DNA from: Lytechinus pictus
Lineage: Eukaryota
Length of the DNA: 64,000 nucleotides
NCBI RefSeq assembly: GCF_037042905.1
Contig: NC_087245.1
Location: 16,680,001 to 16,744,000 of the forward strand
Direction of reading: 5' to 3'
In this document: piece by piece, positions 48,801 through 63,189 of the stretch
Numbering within the stretch: position 1 is the stretch's first letter
Layout of the letters: every line of letters begins with the position of its first letter
The notes under the pieces: generated by a model
Databases searched by the model: none
What the model was told of the DNA's origin: nothing
The model's input: the letters and a program-made list of their open reading frames with translations, nothing else
Program-made: the position numbers and the translations under genes

Positions 48801-51800
48801 GTCCTGTGAATGATGAGCCTATTGTTTGTCTATGTTTTTCATGTTTGTAATAACTGTATTGTTTTTGTCTGTGAAATGATGTCCAGTGAATCAGGAGCCT
48901 ACAGGGCTTGCCCCTTAAAGGGGTTTTCCATGTTGAAAATAATATAACACTGGAAATTTCATCAAAAATGGACAAGGAATAAACAAAGTTATCGAAATGT
49001 CTAGATATATTTTTATAAATTTATATGATATTTGTTCTCAAAAAATAAAAAACAGGATTAATTACTGCTTTTATGTGATTTGAAAGATCGTCTTTGCTGA
49101 AATTTGATTTGTAACAAGGGGACATGTTGAAATATGAAATAATTATGATTTCATGTACTGAAAACAATATGAATTCTTGAATAAGAAAGAAAGGAGAGAC
49201 CCGACATCATCGACGAGCCGAATGTTTATTTTATGGCGGGATGAATCCATTTTTTTCACAGAATATTCAGTAACTTCGTTTTTTTTATATCAGATTTTGA
49301 TGAAAATTTGAGCGTTTTTTTTTTCTTAATGAGTTATACTTTATTTACTCTTATTTATACTTATTTCAGCCCGAGGAATTCCATTTTACCAGTATATTCC
49401 TATATATATTCTGCTTTATTACGACCCTACTTGGCTTGTCCAGTATGATTATGAGCCTACTACCCCTTAAATAGAAAGACCGAACACCCAGTCAGACCTT
49501 TCGAATGTTATATCAAATGTTTGTAAGAATGTTGTTACTATCTGCGAGATATGATCTCCTGCGAGTTATGAGCCTACTGGGCTTGCCCTTGAAATAGAAG
49601 AATGGAATGCCCGGTCATGTTTGGTATTTTTAAGTATTTTTAAGAATATAAATTTCTGTCTGGAAGACGGTGTCTTGTGAATGATGTGCCTACTCGGCCT
49701 GTCCCTTAAACTATAGTAAAACGGAACGCCCAGTCAGATTGTTTCGTATGAAATATGAAATTATGTTTTCATATAATGAAATGAATTATGAATTCATTTA
49801 TCAACTAAGAAGGAAAGTTGAGCATTGACTTCGAACCACCTGTTGCTTAATAATGGAGGCATGAATCGTTTTTCTTTTCTTGCTTAATAATGCTCAACTT
49901 TAAATTTCTATAACTTCGTTATTGATATAGGATTTTTTTGAAATTTCAAATATTTTTTGGGTGAATTAATTAAACATATTGAGTCATTTATTATTTCCAA
50001 CACGGGGATATCCTTTTAACCTGTAGGCGACCAACTCGTACATTCAAATCACATTTTCAAGAATTTGTGAGAGTATAGCTAATTTTTGTCTTAGAACACC
50101 ATGTAAGTAATCAGAATAATGAACAGAATCCCCAGTTAGATTATATATATATATATATATATATTATATATGTATGTATATATATACACATATATATAAT
50201 TTATATGTAACTTAAATGTTTGTAAGAACGTTTTTAATTTCTCCCTGGGAGATGCTGTCCTGTGAATGGTCGGCGTACTGGGCTAGCCCCTTAAACTATT
50301 GGAGAACAGAACACCCAGTTAGATTGTGTTGTGTTTTAATTATTTGTAGGAATTTCACTTTCTGTCTGGAATATGGTGTCCTGTGAAAAATGATCCTAAT
50401 GTAATGGGATCTTCCCTTAGACTGAAGGAGAACAGAGCGGCCGGTCTGATTGTTTTGTATTTTAAGTATTTTGTAAGAATAATGTTAATTTCTCTCTGGG
50501 AGATGGTGTCCTGTGAATAATGAGCCCATTGGGCTTCTCCCTTAAACTGTAGGAGAACGGAACGCCCAGTCAGATTGTTTTGTATTTTTAAGTATTTGTA
50601 AAAATATTGTTAATTTCTGTCTGGGAGATGGCATCCTGTGAATGATGAGCCTACTGGGCTTGTCCCTTAAACTGTAGGAGAACGGAACGCCCAGTCAGAT
50701 TGTTTTGTATTTTTAAGTATTTGTAAAAATATTGTTAATTTCTGTCTGGGAGATGGCATCCTGTGAATGATGAGCCTACTGGGCTTGTCCCTTAAACTGT
50801 AGGAGAACGGAACGCCCAGTCAGATTGTTTTGTATTTTTAAGTATTTGTAAAAATATTGTTAATTTCTGTCTGGGAGATGGCATCCTGTGAATGATGAGC
50901 CTACTGGGCTTGTCCCTTAAAATGTAGGAGAACGGAACGCCCAGTCAGATTGTTTTGTATTTTTAAGTATTGGTAAGAATAATGTTAATTTTTGTCTGGG
51001 AGATGGCATCCTGTGAATGATGAGCCTACTGGGCTTGTCCCTTAAACTGTAGGAGAACGGAACGCCCAGTCAGATTGTTTTGTATTTTTAAGTATTTGTA
51101 AAAATATTGTTAATTTCTGTCTGGGAGATGGCATCCTGTGAATGATGAGCCTACTGGGCTTGTCCCTTAAAATGTAGGAGAACGGAACGCCCAGTCAGAT
51201 TGTTTTGTATTTTTAAGTATTGGTAAGAATAATGTTAATTTTTGTCTGGAAGATGGTGTCCTGTGAATGATGAGCCTACTGGACTTGTCCCTTAAACTGT
51301 AGGAGAACGGAACGCCCAGTCAGATCGTTTTGTATTCTTAAGTATTTGTAAGAATATTAATTTTTGTCTGGGAGATGGCATCCTGTGAATGATGAGCCTA
51401 CTGGACTTGTCCCTTAAACTGTAGGAGAACGGAACGCCCAGTCAGATCGTTTTGTATTCTTAAGTATTTGTAAGAATATTAATTTTTGTCTGGGAGATGG
51501 TGTCCTGTGAATGATGAGCCTATTGTTTGTCTATGTTTTTCATGTTTGTAATAACTGTATTGTTTTTGTCTGTGAAATGATGTCCAGTAGATCAGGAGCC
51601 TACAGGGCTTGCCCCTTAAAGGGGTTTTCCATGTTGAAAATAATATAACACTGGAAATTTCATCAAAAATGGACAAGGAATAAACAAAGTTATCGAAATG
51701 TCTAGATATATTTTTATAAATTTATATGATATTTGTTCTCAAAAAATTAAAAACAGGATTAATTACTGCTTTTATGTGATTTGAAAGATCGTCTTTGCTG

Positions 51801-52295
51801 AAATTTGATTTGTAACAAGGGGACATGTTGAAATATGAAATAATTATGATTTCATGTACTGAAAACAATATGAATTCTTGAATAAGAAAGAAAGGAGAGA
51901 CCCGACATCATCGACGAGCCGAATGTTTATTTTATGGCGGGATGAATCCATTTTTTTCACAGAATATTCAGTAACTTCGTTTTTTTTATATCAGATTTTG
52001 ATGAAAATTTGAGCGTTTTTTTTTTCTTAATGAGTTATACTTTATTTACTCTTATTTATACTTATTTCAGCCCGAGGAATTCCATTTTACCAGTATATTC
52101 CTATATATATTCTGCTTCGGCACATGGAGTAAAATAATCACAAATAGTTTAGAAAATGCCGTAGAAATGAAATCGTAGATTTTAAAAGGAGCATAGCTCT
52201 CAAAAAGAGTGTGACTTTACCTTTCATTTTTTTAGAGCTATGCTCCTTTTAAAATCTACGATTTTATTTCTACGGCATTTTCTTAACTATTTGTG

Positions 52296-52333
<38 letters not shown>

Positions 52334-55300
52334 TTGTATATACTTATGTATAGGGACCAGTTTCATACATGAATTACAACTTTTGTAACTTTGCCATTAT
52401 GGCAACTACCATGCTAACAGGGCTCAGCAGCCGATCACAATCAATTGTTACCACAGTTGTAACTCAAATCATTGTTTAATTATTTGTAAGAATGTAGTTG
52501 ACATCTGTCTGGGAGATGGTATCCTGTGAATTATGAGCCAACAGGGCTTGTCCCTTAAACTGTAAGAGAACGGAACGCCCAGTCAGATTGCTTTGTATTT
52601 TTAAGTATTTGTAAAAATATTGTTAATTTCTGTCTGGGAGATGGCATCCTGTGAATGATGAGCCTACTGGACTTGTCCCTTAAACTGTAGGAGAACGGAA
52701 CGCCCAGTCAGATCGTTTTGTATTCTTAAGTATTTGTAAGAATATTAATTTTTGTCTGGGAGATGGTGTCCTGTGAATGATGAGCCTATTGTTTGTCTAT
52801 GTTTTTCATGTTTGTAATAACTGTATTGTTTTTGTCTGTGAAATGATGTCCAGTGAATCAGGAGCCTACAGGGCTTGCCCCTTAAAGGGGTTTTCCATGT
52901 TGAAAATAATATAACACTGGAAATTTCATCAAAAATGGACAAGGAATAAACAAAGTTATCGAAATGTCTAGATATATTTTTATAAATTTATATGATATTT
53001 GTTCTCAAAAAATAAAAAACAGGATTAATTACTGCTTTTATGTGATTTGAAAGATCGTCTTTGCTGAAATTTGATTTGTAACAAGGGGACATGTTGAAAT
53101 ATGAAATAATTATGATTTCATGTACTGAAAACAATATGAATTCTTGAAATAAGAAAGAAAGGAGAGACCCGACATCATCGACGAGCCGAATGTTTATTTT
53201 ATGGCGGGATGAATCCATTTTTTTCACAGAATATTCAGTAACTTCGTTTTTTTTATATCAGATTTTGATGAAAATTTGAGCGTTTTTTTTTCTTAATGAG
53301 TTATACTTTATTTACTCTTATTTATACTTATTTCAGCCCGAGGAATTCCATTTAACCAGTATATTCCTATATATATTCTGCTTCGGCACATGGAGTAAAA
53401 TAATCACAAATAGTTTAGAAAATGCCGTAGAAATGAAATCGTAGATTTTAAAAGGAGCATAGCTCTCAAAAAGAGTGTGACTTTACCTTTCATTTTTTTA
53501 GAGCTATGCTCCTTTTAAAATCTACGATTTTATTTCTACGGCATTTTCTTAACTATCTGTGATTATATATATATATATATATATGTATATATTTACCTTG
53601 TATATACTTATGTATAGGGACCAGTTTCATACATGAATTACAACTTTTGTAACTTTGCCATTATGGCAACTACCATGCTAACAGGGCTCAGCAGCCGATC
53701 ACAATCAATTGTTACCACAGTTGTAACTCAAATCATTGTTTAATTATTTGTAAGAATGTAGTTGACATCTGTCTGGGAGATGGTATCCTGTGAATTATGA
53801 GCCAACAGGGCTTGTCCCTTAAACTGTAAGAGAACGGAACGCCCAGTCAGATTGTTTTGTATTTTTAAGTATTTGTAAAAATATTGTTAATTTCTGTCTG
53901 GGAGATGGCATCCTGTGAATGATGAGCCTACTGGACTTGTCCCTTAAACTGTAGAAGAACGGAACGCCCAGTCAGATCGTTTTGTATTCTTAAGTATTTG
54001 TAAGAATATTAATTTTTGTCTGGGAGATGGTGTCCTGTGAATGATGAGCCTATTGTTTGTCTATGTTTTTCATGTTTGTAATAACTGTATTGTTTTTGTC
54101 TGTGAAATGATGTCCAGTGAATCAGGAGCCTACAGGGCTTGCCCCTTAAAGGGGTTTTCCATGTTGAAAATAATATAACACTGGAAATTTCATCAAAAAT
54201 GGACAAGGAATAAACAAAGTTATCGAAATGTCTAGATATATTTTTATAAATTTATATGATATTTGTTCTCAAAAAATAAAAAACAGGATTAATTACTGCT
54301 TTTATGTGATTTGAAAGATCGTCTTTGCTGAAATTTGATTTGTAACAAGGGGACATGTTGAAATATGAAATAATTATGATTTCATGTACTGAAAACAATA
54401 TGAATTCTTGAATAAGAAAGAAAGGAGAGACCCGACATCATCGACGAGCCGAATGTTTATTTTATGGCGGGATGAATCCATTTTTTTCACAGAATATTCA
54501 GTAACTTCGTTTTTTTTATATTAGATTTTGATGAAAATTTGAGCGTTTTTTTTTTCTTAATGAGTTATACTTTATTTACTCTTATTTATACTTATTTCAG
54601 CCCGAGGAATTCCATTTTACCAGTATATTCCTATATATATTCTGCTTCGGCACATGGAGTAAAATAATCACAAATAGTTTAGAAAATGCCGTAGAAATGA
54701 AATCGTAGATTTTAAAAGGAGCATAGCTCTCAAAAAGAGTGTGACTTTACCTTTCATTTTTTTAGAGCTATGCTCCTTTTAAAATCTACGATTTTATTTC
54801 TACGGCATTTTCTTAACTATCTGTGATTATATATATATATATATATATGTATATATTTACCTTGTATATACTTATGTATAGGGACCAGTTTCATACATGA
54901 ATTACAACTTTTGTAACTTTGCCATTATGGCAACTACCATGCTAACAGGGCTCAGCAGCCGATCACAATCAATTGTTACCACAGTTGTAACTCAAATCAT
55001 TGTTTAATTATTTGTAAGAATGTAGTTGACATCTGTCTGGGAGATGGTATCCTGTGAATTATGAGCCAACAGGGCTTGTCCCTTAAACTGTAAGAGAACG
55101 GAACGCCCAGTCAGATTGTTTTGTATTTTTAAGTATTTGTAAAAATATTGTTAATTTCTGTCTGGGAGATGGCATCCTGTGAATGATGAGCCTACTGGAC
55201 TTGTCCCTTAAACTGTAGGAGAACGGAACACCCAGTCAGATCGTTTTGTATTCTTAAGTATTTGTAAGAATATTAATTTTTGTCTGGGAGATGGTGTCCT

Positions 55301-58300
55301 GTGAATGATGAGCCTATTGTTTGTCTATGTTTTTCATGTTTGTAATAACTGTATTGTTTTTGTCTGTGAAATGATGTCCAGTGAATCAGGAGCCTACAGG
55401 GCTTGCCCCTTAAAGGGGTTTTCCATGTTGAAAATAATATAACACTGGAAATTTCATCAAAAATGGACAAGGAATAAACAAAGTTATCGAAATGTCTAGA
55501 TATATTTTTATAAATTTATATGATATTTGTTCTCAAAAAATTAAAAACAGGATTAATTACTGCTTTTATGTGATTTGAAAGATCGTCTTTGCTGAAATTT
55601 GATTTGTAACAAGGGGACATGTTGAAATATGAAATAATTATGATTTCATGTACTGAAAACAATATGAATTCTTGAAATAAGAAAGAAAGGAGAGACCCGA
55701 CATCATCGACGAGCCGAATGTTTATTTTATGGCGGGATGAATCCATTTTTTTCACAGAATATTCAGTAACTTCGTTTTTTTTATATCAGATTTTGATGAA
55801 AATTTGAGCGTTTTTTTTTCTTAATGAGTTATACTTTATTTACTCTTATTTATACTTATTTCAGCCCGAGGAATTCCATTTTACCAGTATATTCCTATAT
55901 ATATTCTGCTTCGGCACATGGAGTAAAATAATCACAAATAGTTTAGAAAATGCCGTAGAAATGAAATCGTAGATTTTAAAAGGAGCATAGCTCTCAAAAA
56001 GAGTGTGACTTTACCTTTCATTTTTTTAGAGCTATGCTCCTTTTAAAATCTACGATTTTATTTCTACGGCATTTTCTTAACTATCTGTGATTATATATAT
56101 ATATATATATATGTATATATTTACCTTGTATATACTTATGTATAGGGACCAGTTTCATACATGAATTACAACTTTTGTAACTTTGCCATTATGGCAACTA
56201 CCATGCTAACAGGGCTCAGCAGCCGATCACAATCAATTGTTACCACAGTTGTAACTCAAATCATTGTTTAATTATTTGTAAGAATGTAGTTGACATCTGT
56301 CTGGGAGATGGTATCCTGTGAATTATGAGCCAACAGGGCTTGTCCCTTAAACTGTAAGAGAACGGAACGCCCAGTCAGATTGTTTTGTATTTTTAAGTAT
56401 TTGTAAAAATATTGTTAATTTCTGTCTGGGAGATGGCATCCTGTGAATGATGAGCCTACTGGACTTGTCCCTTAAACTGTAGGAGAACGGAACGCCCAGT
56501 CAGATCGTTTTGTATTCTTAAGTATTTGTAAGAATATTAATTTTTGTCTGGGAGATGGTGTCCTGTGAATGATGAGCCTATTGTTTGTCTATGTTTTTCA
56601 TGTTTGTAATTTTTTGTCTGTGAAATGATGTCCAGTGAATCAGGAGCCTACAGGGCTTGCCCCTTAAAGGGGTTTTCCATGTTGAAAATAATATAACACT
56701 GGAAATTTCATCAAAAATGGACAAGGAATAAACAAAGTTATCGAAATGTCTAGATATATTTTTATAAATTTATATGATATTTGTTCTCAAAAAATAAAAA
56801 ACAGGATTAATTACTGCTTTTATGTGATTTGAAAGATCGTCTTTGCTGAAATTTGATTTGTAACAAGGGGACATGTTGAAATATGAAATAATTATGATTT
56901 CATGTACTGAAAACAATATGAATTCTTGAAATAAGAAAGAAAGGAGAGACCCGACATCATCGACGAGCCGAATGTTTATTTTATGGCGGGATGAATCCAT
57001 TTTTTTCACAGAATATTCAGTAACTTCGTTTTTTTTATATCAGATTTTGATGAAAATTTGAGCGTTTTTTTTTCTTAATGAGTTATACTTTATTTACTCT
57101 TATTTATACTTATTTCAGCCCGAGGAATTCCATTTTACCAGTATATTCCTATATATATTCTGCTTCGGCACATGGAGTAAAATAATCACAAATAGTTTAG
57201 AAAATGCCGTAGAAATGAAATCGTAGATTTTAAAAGGAGCATAGCTCTCAAAAAGAGTGTGACTTTACCTTTCATTTTTTTAGAGCTATGCTCCTTTTAA
57301 AATCTACGATTTTATTTCTACGGCATTTTCTTAACTATCTGTGATTATATATATATATATATATATGTATATATTTACCTTGTATATACTTATGTATAGG
57401 GACCAGTTTCATACATGAATTACAACTTTTGTAACTTTGCCATTATGGCAACTACCATGCTAACAGGGCTCAGCAGCCGATCACAATCAATTGTTACCAC
57501 AGTTGTAACTCAAATCATTGTTTAATTATTTGTAAGAATGTAGTTGACATCTGTCTGGGAGATGGTATCCTGTGAATTATGAGCCAACAGGGCTTGTCCC
57601 TTAAACTGTAAGAGAACGGAACGCCCAGTCAGATTGTTTTGTATTTTTAAGTATTTGTAAAAATATTGTTAATTTCTGTCTGGGAGATGGCATCCTGTGA
57701 ATGATGAGCCTACTGGACTTGTCCCTTAAACTGTAGGAGAACGGAACACCCAGTCAGATCGTTTTGTATTCTTAAGTATTTGTAAGAATATTAATTTTTG
57801 TCTGGGAGATGGTGTCCTGTGAATGATGAGCCTATTGTTTGTCTATGTTTTTCATGTTTGTAATAACTGTATTGTTTTTGTCTGTGAAATGATGTCCAGT
57901 GAATCAGGAGCCTACAGGGCTTGCCCCTTAAAGGGGTTTTCCATGTTGAAAATAATATAACACTGGAAATTTCATCAAAAATGGACAAGGAATAAACAAA
58001 GTTATCGAAATGTCTAGATATATTTTTATAAATTTATATGATATTTGTTCTCAAAAAATAAAAAACAGGATTAATTACTGCTTTTATGTGATTTGAAAGA
58101 TCGTCTTTGCTGAAATTTGATTTGTAACAAGGGGACATGTTGAAATATGAAATAATTATGATTTCATGTACTGAAAACAATATGAATTCTTGAATAAGAA
58201 AGAAAGGAGAGACCCGACATCATCGACGAGCCGAATGTTTATTTTATGGCGGGATGAATCCATTTTTTTCACAGAATATTCAGTAACTTCGTTTTTTTTA

Positions 58301-59872
58301 TATCAGATTTTGATGAAAATTTGAGCGTTTTTTTTTTCTTAATGAGTTATACTTTATTTACTCTTATTTATACTTATTTCAGCCCGAGGAATTCCATTTT
58401 ACCAGTATATTCCTATATATATTCTGCTTCGGCACATGGAGTAAAATAATCACAAATAGTTTAGAAAATGCCGTAGAAATGAAATCGTAGATTTTAAAAG
58501 GAGCATAGCTCTCAAAAAGAGTGTGACTTTACCTTTCATTTTTTTAGAGCTATGCTCCTTTTAAAATCTACGATTTTATTTCTACGGCATTTTCTTAACT
58601 ATTTGTGATTATATATATATATATATATGTATATATTTACCTTGTATATACTTATGTATAGGGACCAGTTTCATACATGAATTACAACTTTTGTAACTTT
58701 GCCATTATGGCAACTACCATGCTAACAGGGCTCAGCAGCCGATCACAATCAATTGTTACCACAGTTGTAACTCAAATCATTGTTTAATTATTTGTAAGAA
58801 TGTAGTTGACATCTGTCTGGGAGATGGTATCCTGTGAATTATGAGCCAACAGGGCTTGTCCCTTAAACTGTAAGAGAACGGAACGCCCAGTCAGATTGTT
58901 TTGTATTTTTTAGTATTTGTAAAAATATTGTTAATTTCTGTCTGGGAGATGGCATCCTGTGAATGATGAGCCTACTGGACTTGTCCCTTAAACTGTAGGA
59001 GAACGGAACGCCCAGTCAGATCGTTTTGTATTCTTAAGTATTTGTAAGAATATTAATTTTTGTCTGGGAGATGGTGTCCTGTGAATGATGAGCCTATTGT
59101 TTGTCTATGTTTTTCATGTTTGTAATAACTGTATTTTTTTTGTCTGTGAAATGATGTCCAGTGAATCAGGAGCCTACAGGGCTTGCCCCTTAAAGGGGTT
59201 TTCCATGTTGAAAATAATATAACACTGGAAATTTCATCAAAAATGGACAAGGAATAAACAAAGTTATCGAAATGTCTAGATATATTTTTATAAATTTATA
59301 TGATATTTGTTCTCAAAAAATTAAAAACAGGATTAATTACTGCTTTTATGTGATTTGAAAGATCGTCTTTGCTGAAATTTGATTTGTAACAAGGGGACAT
59401 GTTGAAATATGAAATAATTATGATTTCATGTACTGAAAACAATATGAATTCTTGAAATAAGAAAGAAAGGAGAGACCCGACATCATCGACGAGCCGAATG
59501 TTTATTTTATGGCGGGATGAATCCATTTTTTTCACAGAATATTCAGTAACTTCGTTTTTTTTATATCAGATTTTGATGAAAATTTGAGCGTTTTTTTTTT
59601 CTTAATGAGTTATACTTTATTTACTCTTATTTATACTTATTTCAGCCCGAGGAATTCCATTTTACCAGTATATTCCTATATATATTCTGCTTCGGCACAT
59701 GGAGTAAAATAATCACAAATAGTTTAGAAAATGCCGTAGAAATGAAATCGTAGATTTTAAAAGGAGCATAGCTCTCAAAAAGAGTGTGACTTTACCTTTC
59801 ATTTTTTTAGAGCTATGCTCCTTTTAAAATCTACGATTTTATTTCTACGGCATTTTCTTAACTATTTGTGAT

Positions 59873-59903
<31 letters not shown>

Positions 59904-61420
59904 TTACCTTGTATATACTTATGTATAGGGACCAGTTTCATACATGAATTACAACTTTTGTAACTTTGCCATTATGGCAACTACCATGCTAACAGGGCTC
60001 AGCAGCCGATCACAATCAATTGTTACCACAGTTGTAACTCAAATCATTGTTTAATTATTTGTAAGAATGTAGTTGACATCTGTCTGGGAGATGGTATCCT
60101 GTGAATTATGAGCCAACAGGGCTTGTCCCTTAAACTGTAAGAGAACGGAACGCCCAGTCAGATTGTTTTGTATTTTTAAGTATTTGTAAAAATATTGTTA
60201 ATTTCTGTCTGGGAGATGGCATCCTGTGAATGATGAGCCTACTGGACTTGTCCCTTAAACTGTAGGAGAACGGAACGCCCAGTCAGATCGTTTTGTATTC
60301 TTAAGTATTTGTAAGAATATTAATTTTTGTCTGGGAGATGGTGTCCTGTGAATGATGAGCCTATTGTTTGTCTATGTTTTTCATGTTTGTAATTTTTTGT
60401 CTGTGAAATGATGTCCAGTGAATCAGGAGCCTACAGGGCTTGCCCCTTAAAGGGGTTTTCCATGTTGAAAATAATATAACACTGGAAATTTCATCAAAAA
60501 TGGACAAGGAATAAACAAAGTTATCGAAATGTCTAGATATATTTTTATAAATTTATATGATATTTGTTCTCAAAAAATAAAAAACAGGATTAATTACTGC
60601 TTTTATGTGATTTGAAAGATCGTCTTTGCTGAAATTTGATTTGTAACAAGGGGACATGTTGAAATATGAAATAATTATGATTTCATGTACTGAAAACAAT
60701 ATGAATTCTTGAATAAGAAAGAAAGGAGAGACCCGACATCATCGACGAGCCGAATGTATATTTTATGGCGGGATGAATCCATTTTTTTCACAGAATATTC
60801 AGTAACTTCGTTTTTTTTATATCAGATTTTGATGAAAATTTGAGCGTTTTTTTTTCTTAATGAGTTATACTTTATTTACTCTTATTTATACTTATTTCAG
60901 CCCGAGGAATTCCATTTTACCAGTATATTCCTATATATAGTCTGCTTCGGCACATGGAGTAAAATAATCACAAATAGTTTAGAAAATGCCGTAGAAATGA
61001 AATCGTAGATTTTAAAAGGAGCATAGCTTTCAAAAAGAGGGTGACTTTACCTTTCATTTTTTTAGAGCTATGCTCCTTTTAAAATCTACGATTTCATTTC
61101 TACGGCATTTTCTTAACTATTTGTGATTATATATATATATATATATATATTTACCTTGTATTTACATGAATTACAACTTTTGTAACTTTGCCATTATGGC
61201 AACTACCATGCTAACAGGGCTCAGCAGCCGATCACAATCAATTGTTACCACAGTTGTAACTCAAATCATTGTTTAATTATTTGTAAGAATGTAGTTGACA
61301 TCTGTCTGGGAGATGGTATCCTGTGAATTATGAGCCTACATGGCTAGCCTGTGAGATTTAAAGGAAAACTAAACGCCAAGTCAGATAATTTTCTTTTTTC
61401 ATGTTTGTTTATTTGTTTTT
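43720..61420. repeat. Macrosatellite of ~1,264-bp units, 13 copies in two blocks (43720-49417 and 51479-~61420), with a diverged partial copy to ~61900
   Basis: Unit landmarks at 43720, ~44985, 46250, 47514, 48778 (truncated), 51479, 52745, 54009, 55273, ~56537, 57791, 59053 and ~60320; near-identical short ORFs recur at this period. Confidence 0.95.
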
Positions 61421-62680
61421 TGTCTGAGAAATAATGTCCAGTGAATCAGGAGCCTCCAAGCCTACAAGGGGAATTCCATGTTGAAATAAGATAACACTGA
61501 CAATTTCACTAAAAATGGACAAGAAATAAACAAAGTTGATATCAAATTTAAAGTTTAGCATCATTTTGGTGGAACTTATGCATATTTTGAGCAAAGTGAT
61601 GATGTCATCTTACCACTTATTTGTTCGAAAAAAAAAATGCATTAAAAAATTAAAGCAAGATTAATACAGGAAAGCAGGATTAATAGTTATTATTTCATGT
61701 AACTTAATAAATATGAACCATGAATACATTACTTTCACAAAATAATGACGAACGTTTAAATTCAATATCTTCGTTATAGTTGTAAGTTTGTAGTTGCATA
61801 TAGTTATAAAATTAGTATAGTTTAGTTTGATGAAATTGTAAGCCTTTTTATTGTAGATTAATTGTACTTTAATTTACTCATTAAGCCTGGGGAATCCCCT
61901 CTAGCCTTCATACATGTGTGTGTATATCTATATATATATATGATATATCCTTAGATGTGCAGATGCTGATGAAGTTCTCAATGCTATATATATCAGAGCA
62001 TATAATCATGATATATGATAGTGTGTGTGTGTATGGGCGACCTAGCACCAGTTTCATAAAGAACTTATAACTGTTGTTACTGTTGTTGCCATATGGCAAG
62101 GTTACCATGCTTGCAACTCTTTATGAATCGGGCCCGTGATCGTACAGTCAAATAAGCTTTGTAAGTATTTGTAACAATGTAGTTAATATGTGTCTGGTAG
62201 ATGGTGTCCTGTAAAAGAAGATCGATCTCCTGCATGGCAGTCCCTCAAACTGCATGAGATGGATCTCCAGGCAAGATAGGGATGTTAACCGTGTTCATTG
62301 TGGGAGAGGGTCAGTGCTCATCGAAATGTTATAAAGTTTCTATAAATAGATTTGCTTTATTCAACAACAAATTTTCCCTTCATATCATGATGATGGTCGT
62401 AGCTGAGTGCTACATAGCAAAATCTGTGGTGCCAAACGGCATGAAGGGAGTTCATCGATGACTGTATCGGTCATTTTACATACATGACATAGGTGTTGAA
62501 TTCGTGTTTTAAACACCCATTTGTATTAATAAACCATAGCCATTAATAGAGAAAGTTAGGACAACCAATGGGTTACCAACAATGCGAAATTTCTTTTGAA
62601 TTGGGTTTGCCAAACAAATCATCATGCGCCATGGTGGCAACCCCGCATTGAAACCGGGTTTGGGCTCTGAGTAAAACGGT

Positions 62681-63189
62681 TACACTTCGTAATTCCGAAG
62701 GTTCGTAATTCAGAAACACGTAAATTGCCTATACCTCGATGTTCGTTAATCCGAAAACGTAAAAGGGTTCGTTAATCCGAACATTTGTGGCGTTATTCCG
62801 ATGGTTCATTATTCCGAATGTTCAATAATCCGAAAACGAAATAAGGTTCGATGTTCCGAAGGTTCGTTAATCCGTAAACAAAATAAGGTTCGTTGTTCCG
62901 AAGGTTCGTTAGTCCGAAAACGAAATAAGGTTAGTTAATCATTTCGTTTTCGGACTAACGAACCTTCGGAATTACGAACCTCATTTCTTTTTCGGATTAA
63001 CGAACCTTCGGAATTACGAACCTCACTTCGTTTTCGGACTAACGAACCTTCGGAATTACGAACCTCATTTCGTTTTCGGACTAACGAACCTTCGGAATTA
63101 CGAACCTTCGGAAATACGAACCTTCGGAATAACGAACCTTCGGAATATCCGAACCTTCGGAATAACGAAGCTTCGGAATTACGAATGTA
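62681..63189. mobile_element. Foldback-type element made of inverted arrays of a ~16-bp unit (TTCCGAAGGTTCGTAA / TTACGAACCTTCGGAA)
   Basis: TACACTTCGTAATTCCGAAG ... CTTCGGAATTACGAATGTA ends; unit orientation flips near 62938. Confidence 0.75.

Noticed and set aside
41560..51520. Regular repeat-spacer pattern suggesting a CRISPR array
   Set aside because: Spacers are near-identical rather than unique, there are no cas genes, and the context is eukaryotic.
43720..59535. Recurrent 65-aa and 79-aa minus-strand ORFs
   Set aside because: By-products of the satellite unit. They appear or vanish with single-base indels, mostly rely on non-ATG starts, overlap MITE remnants and have no recognisable domain.
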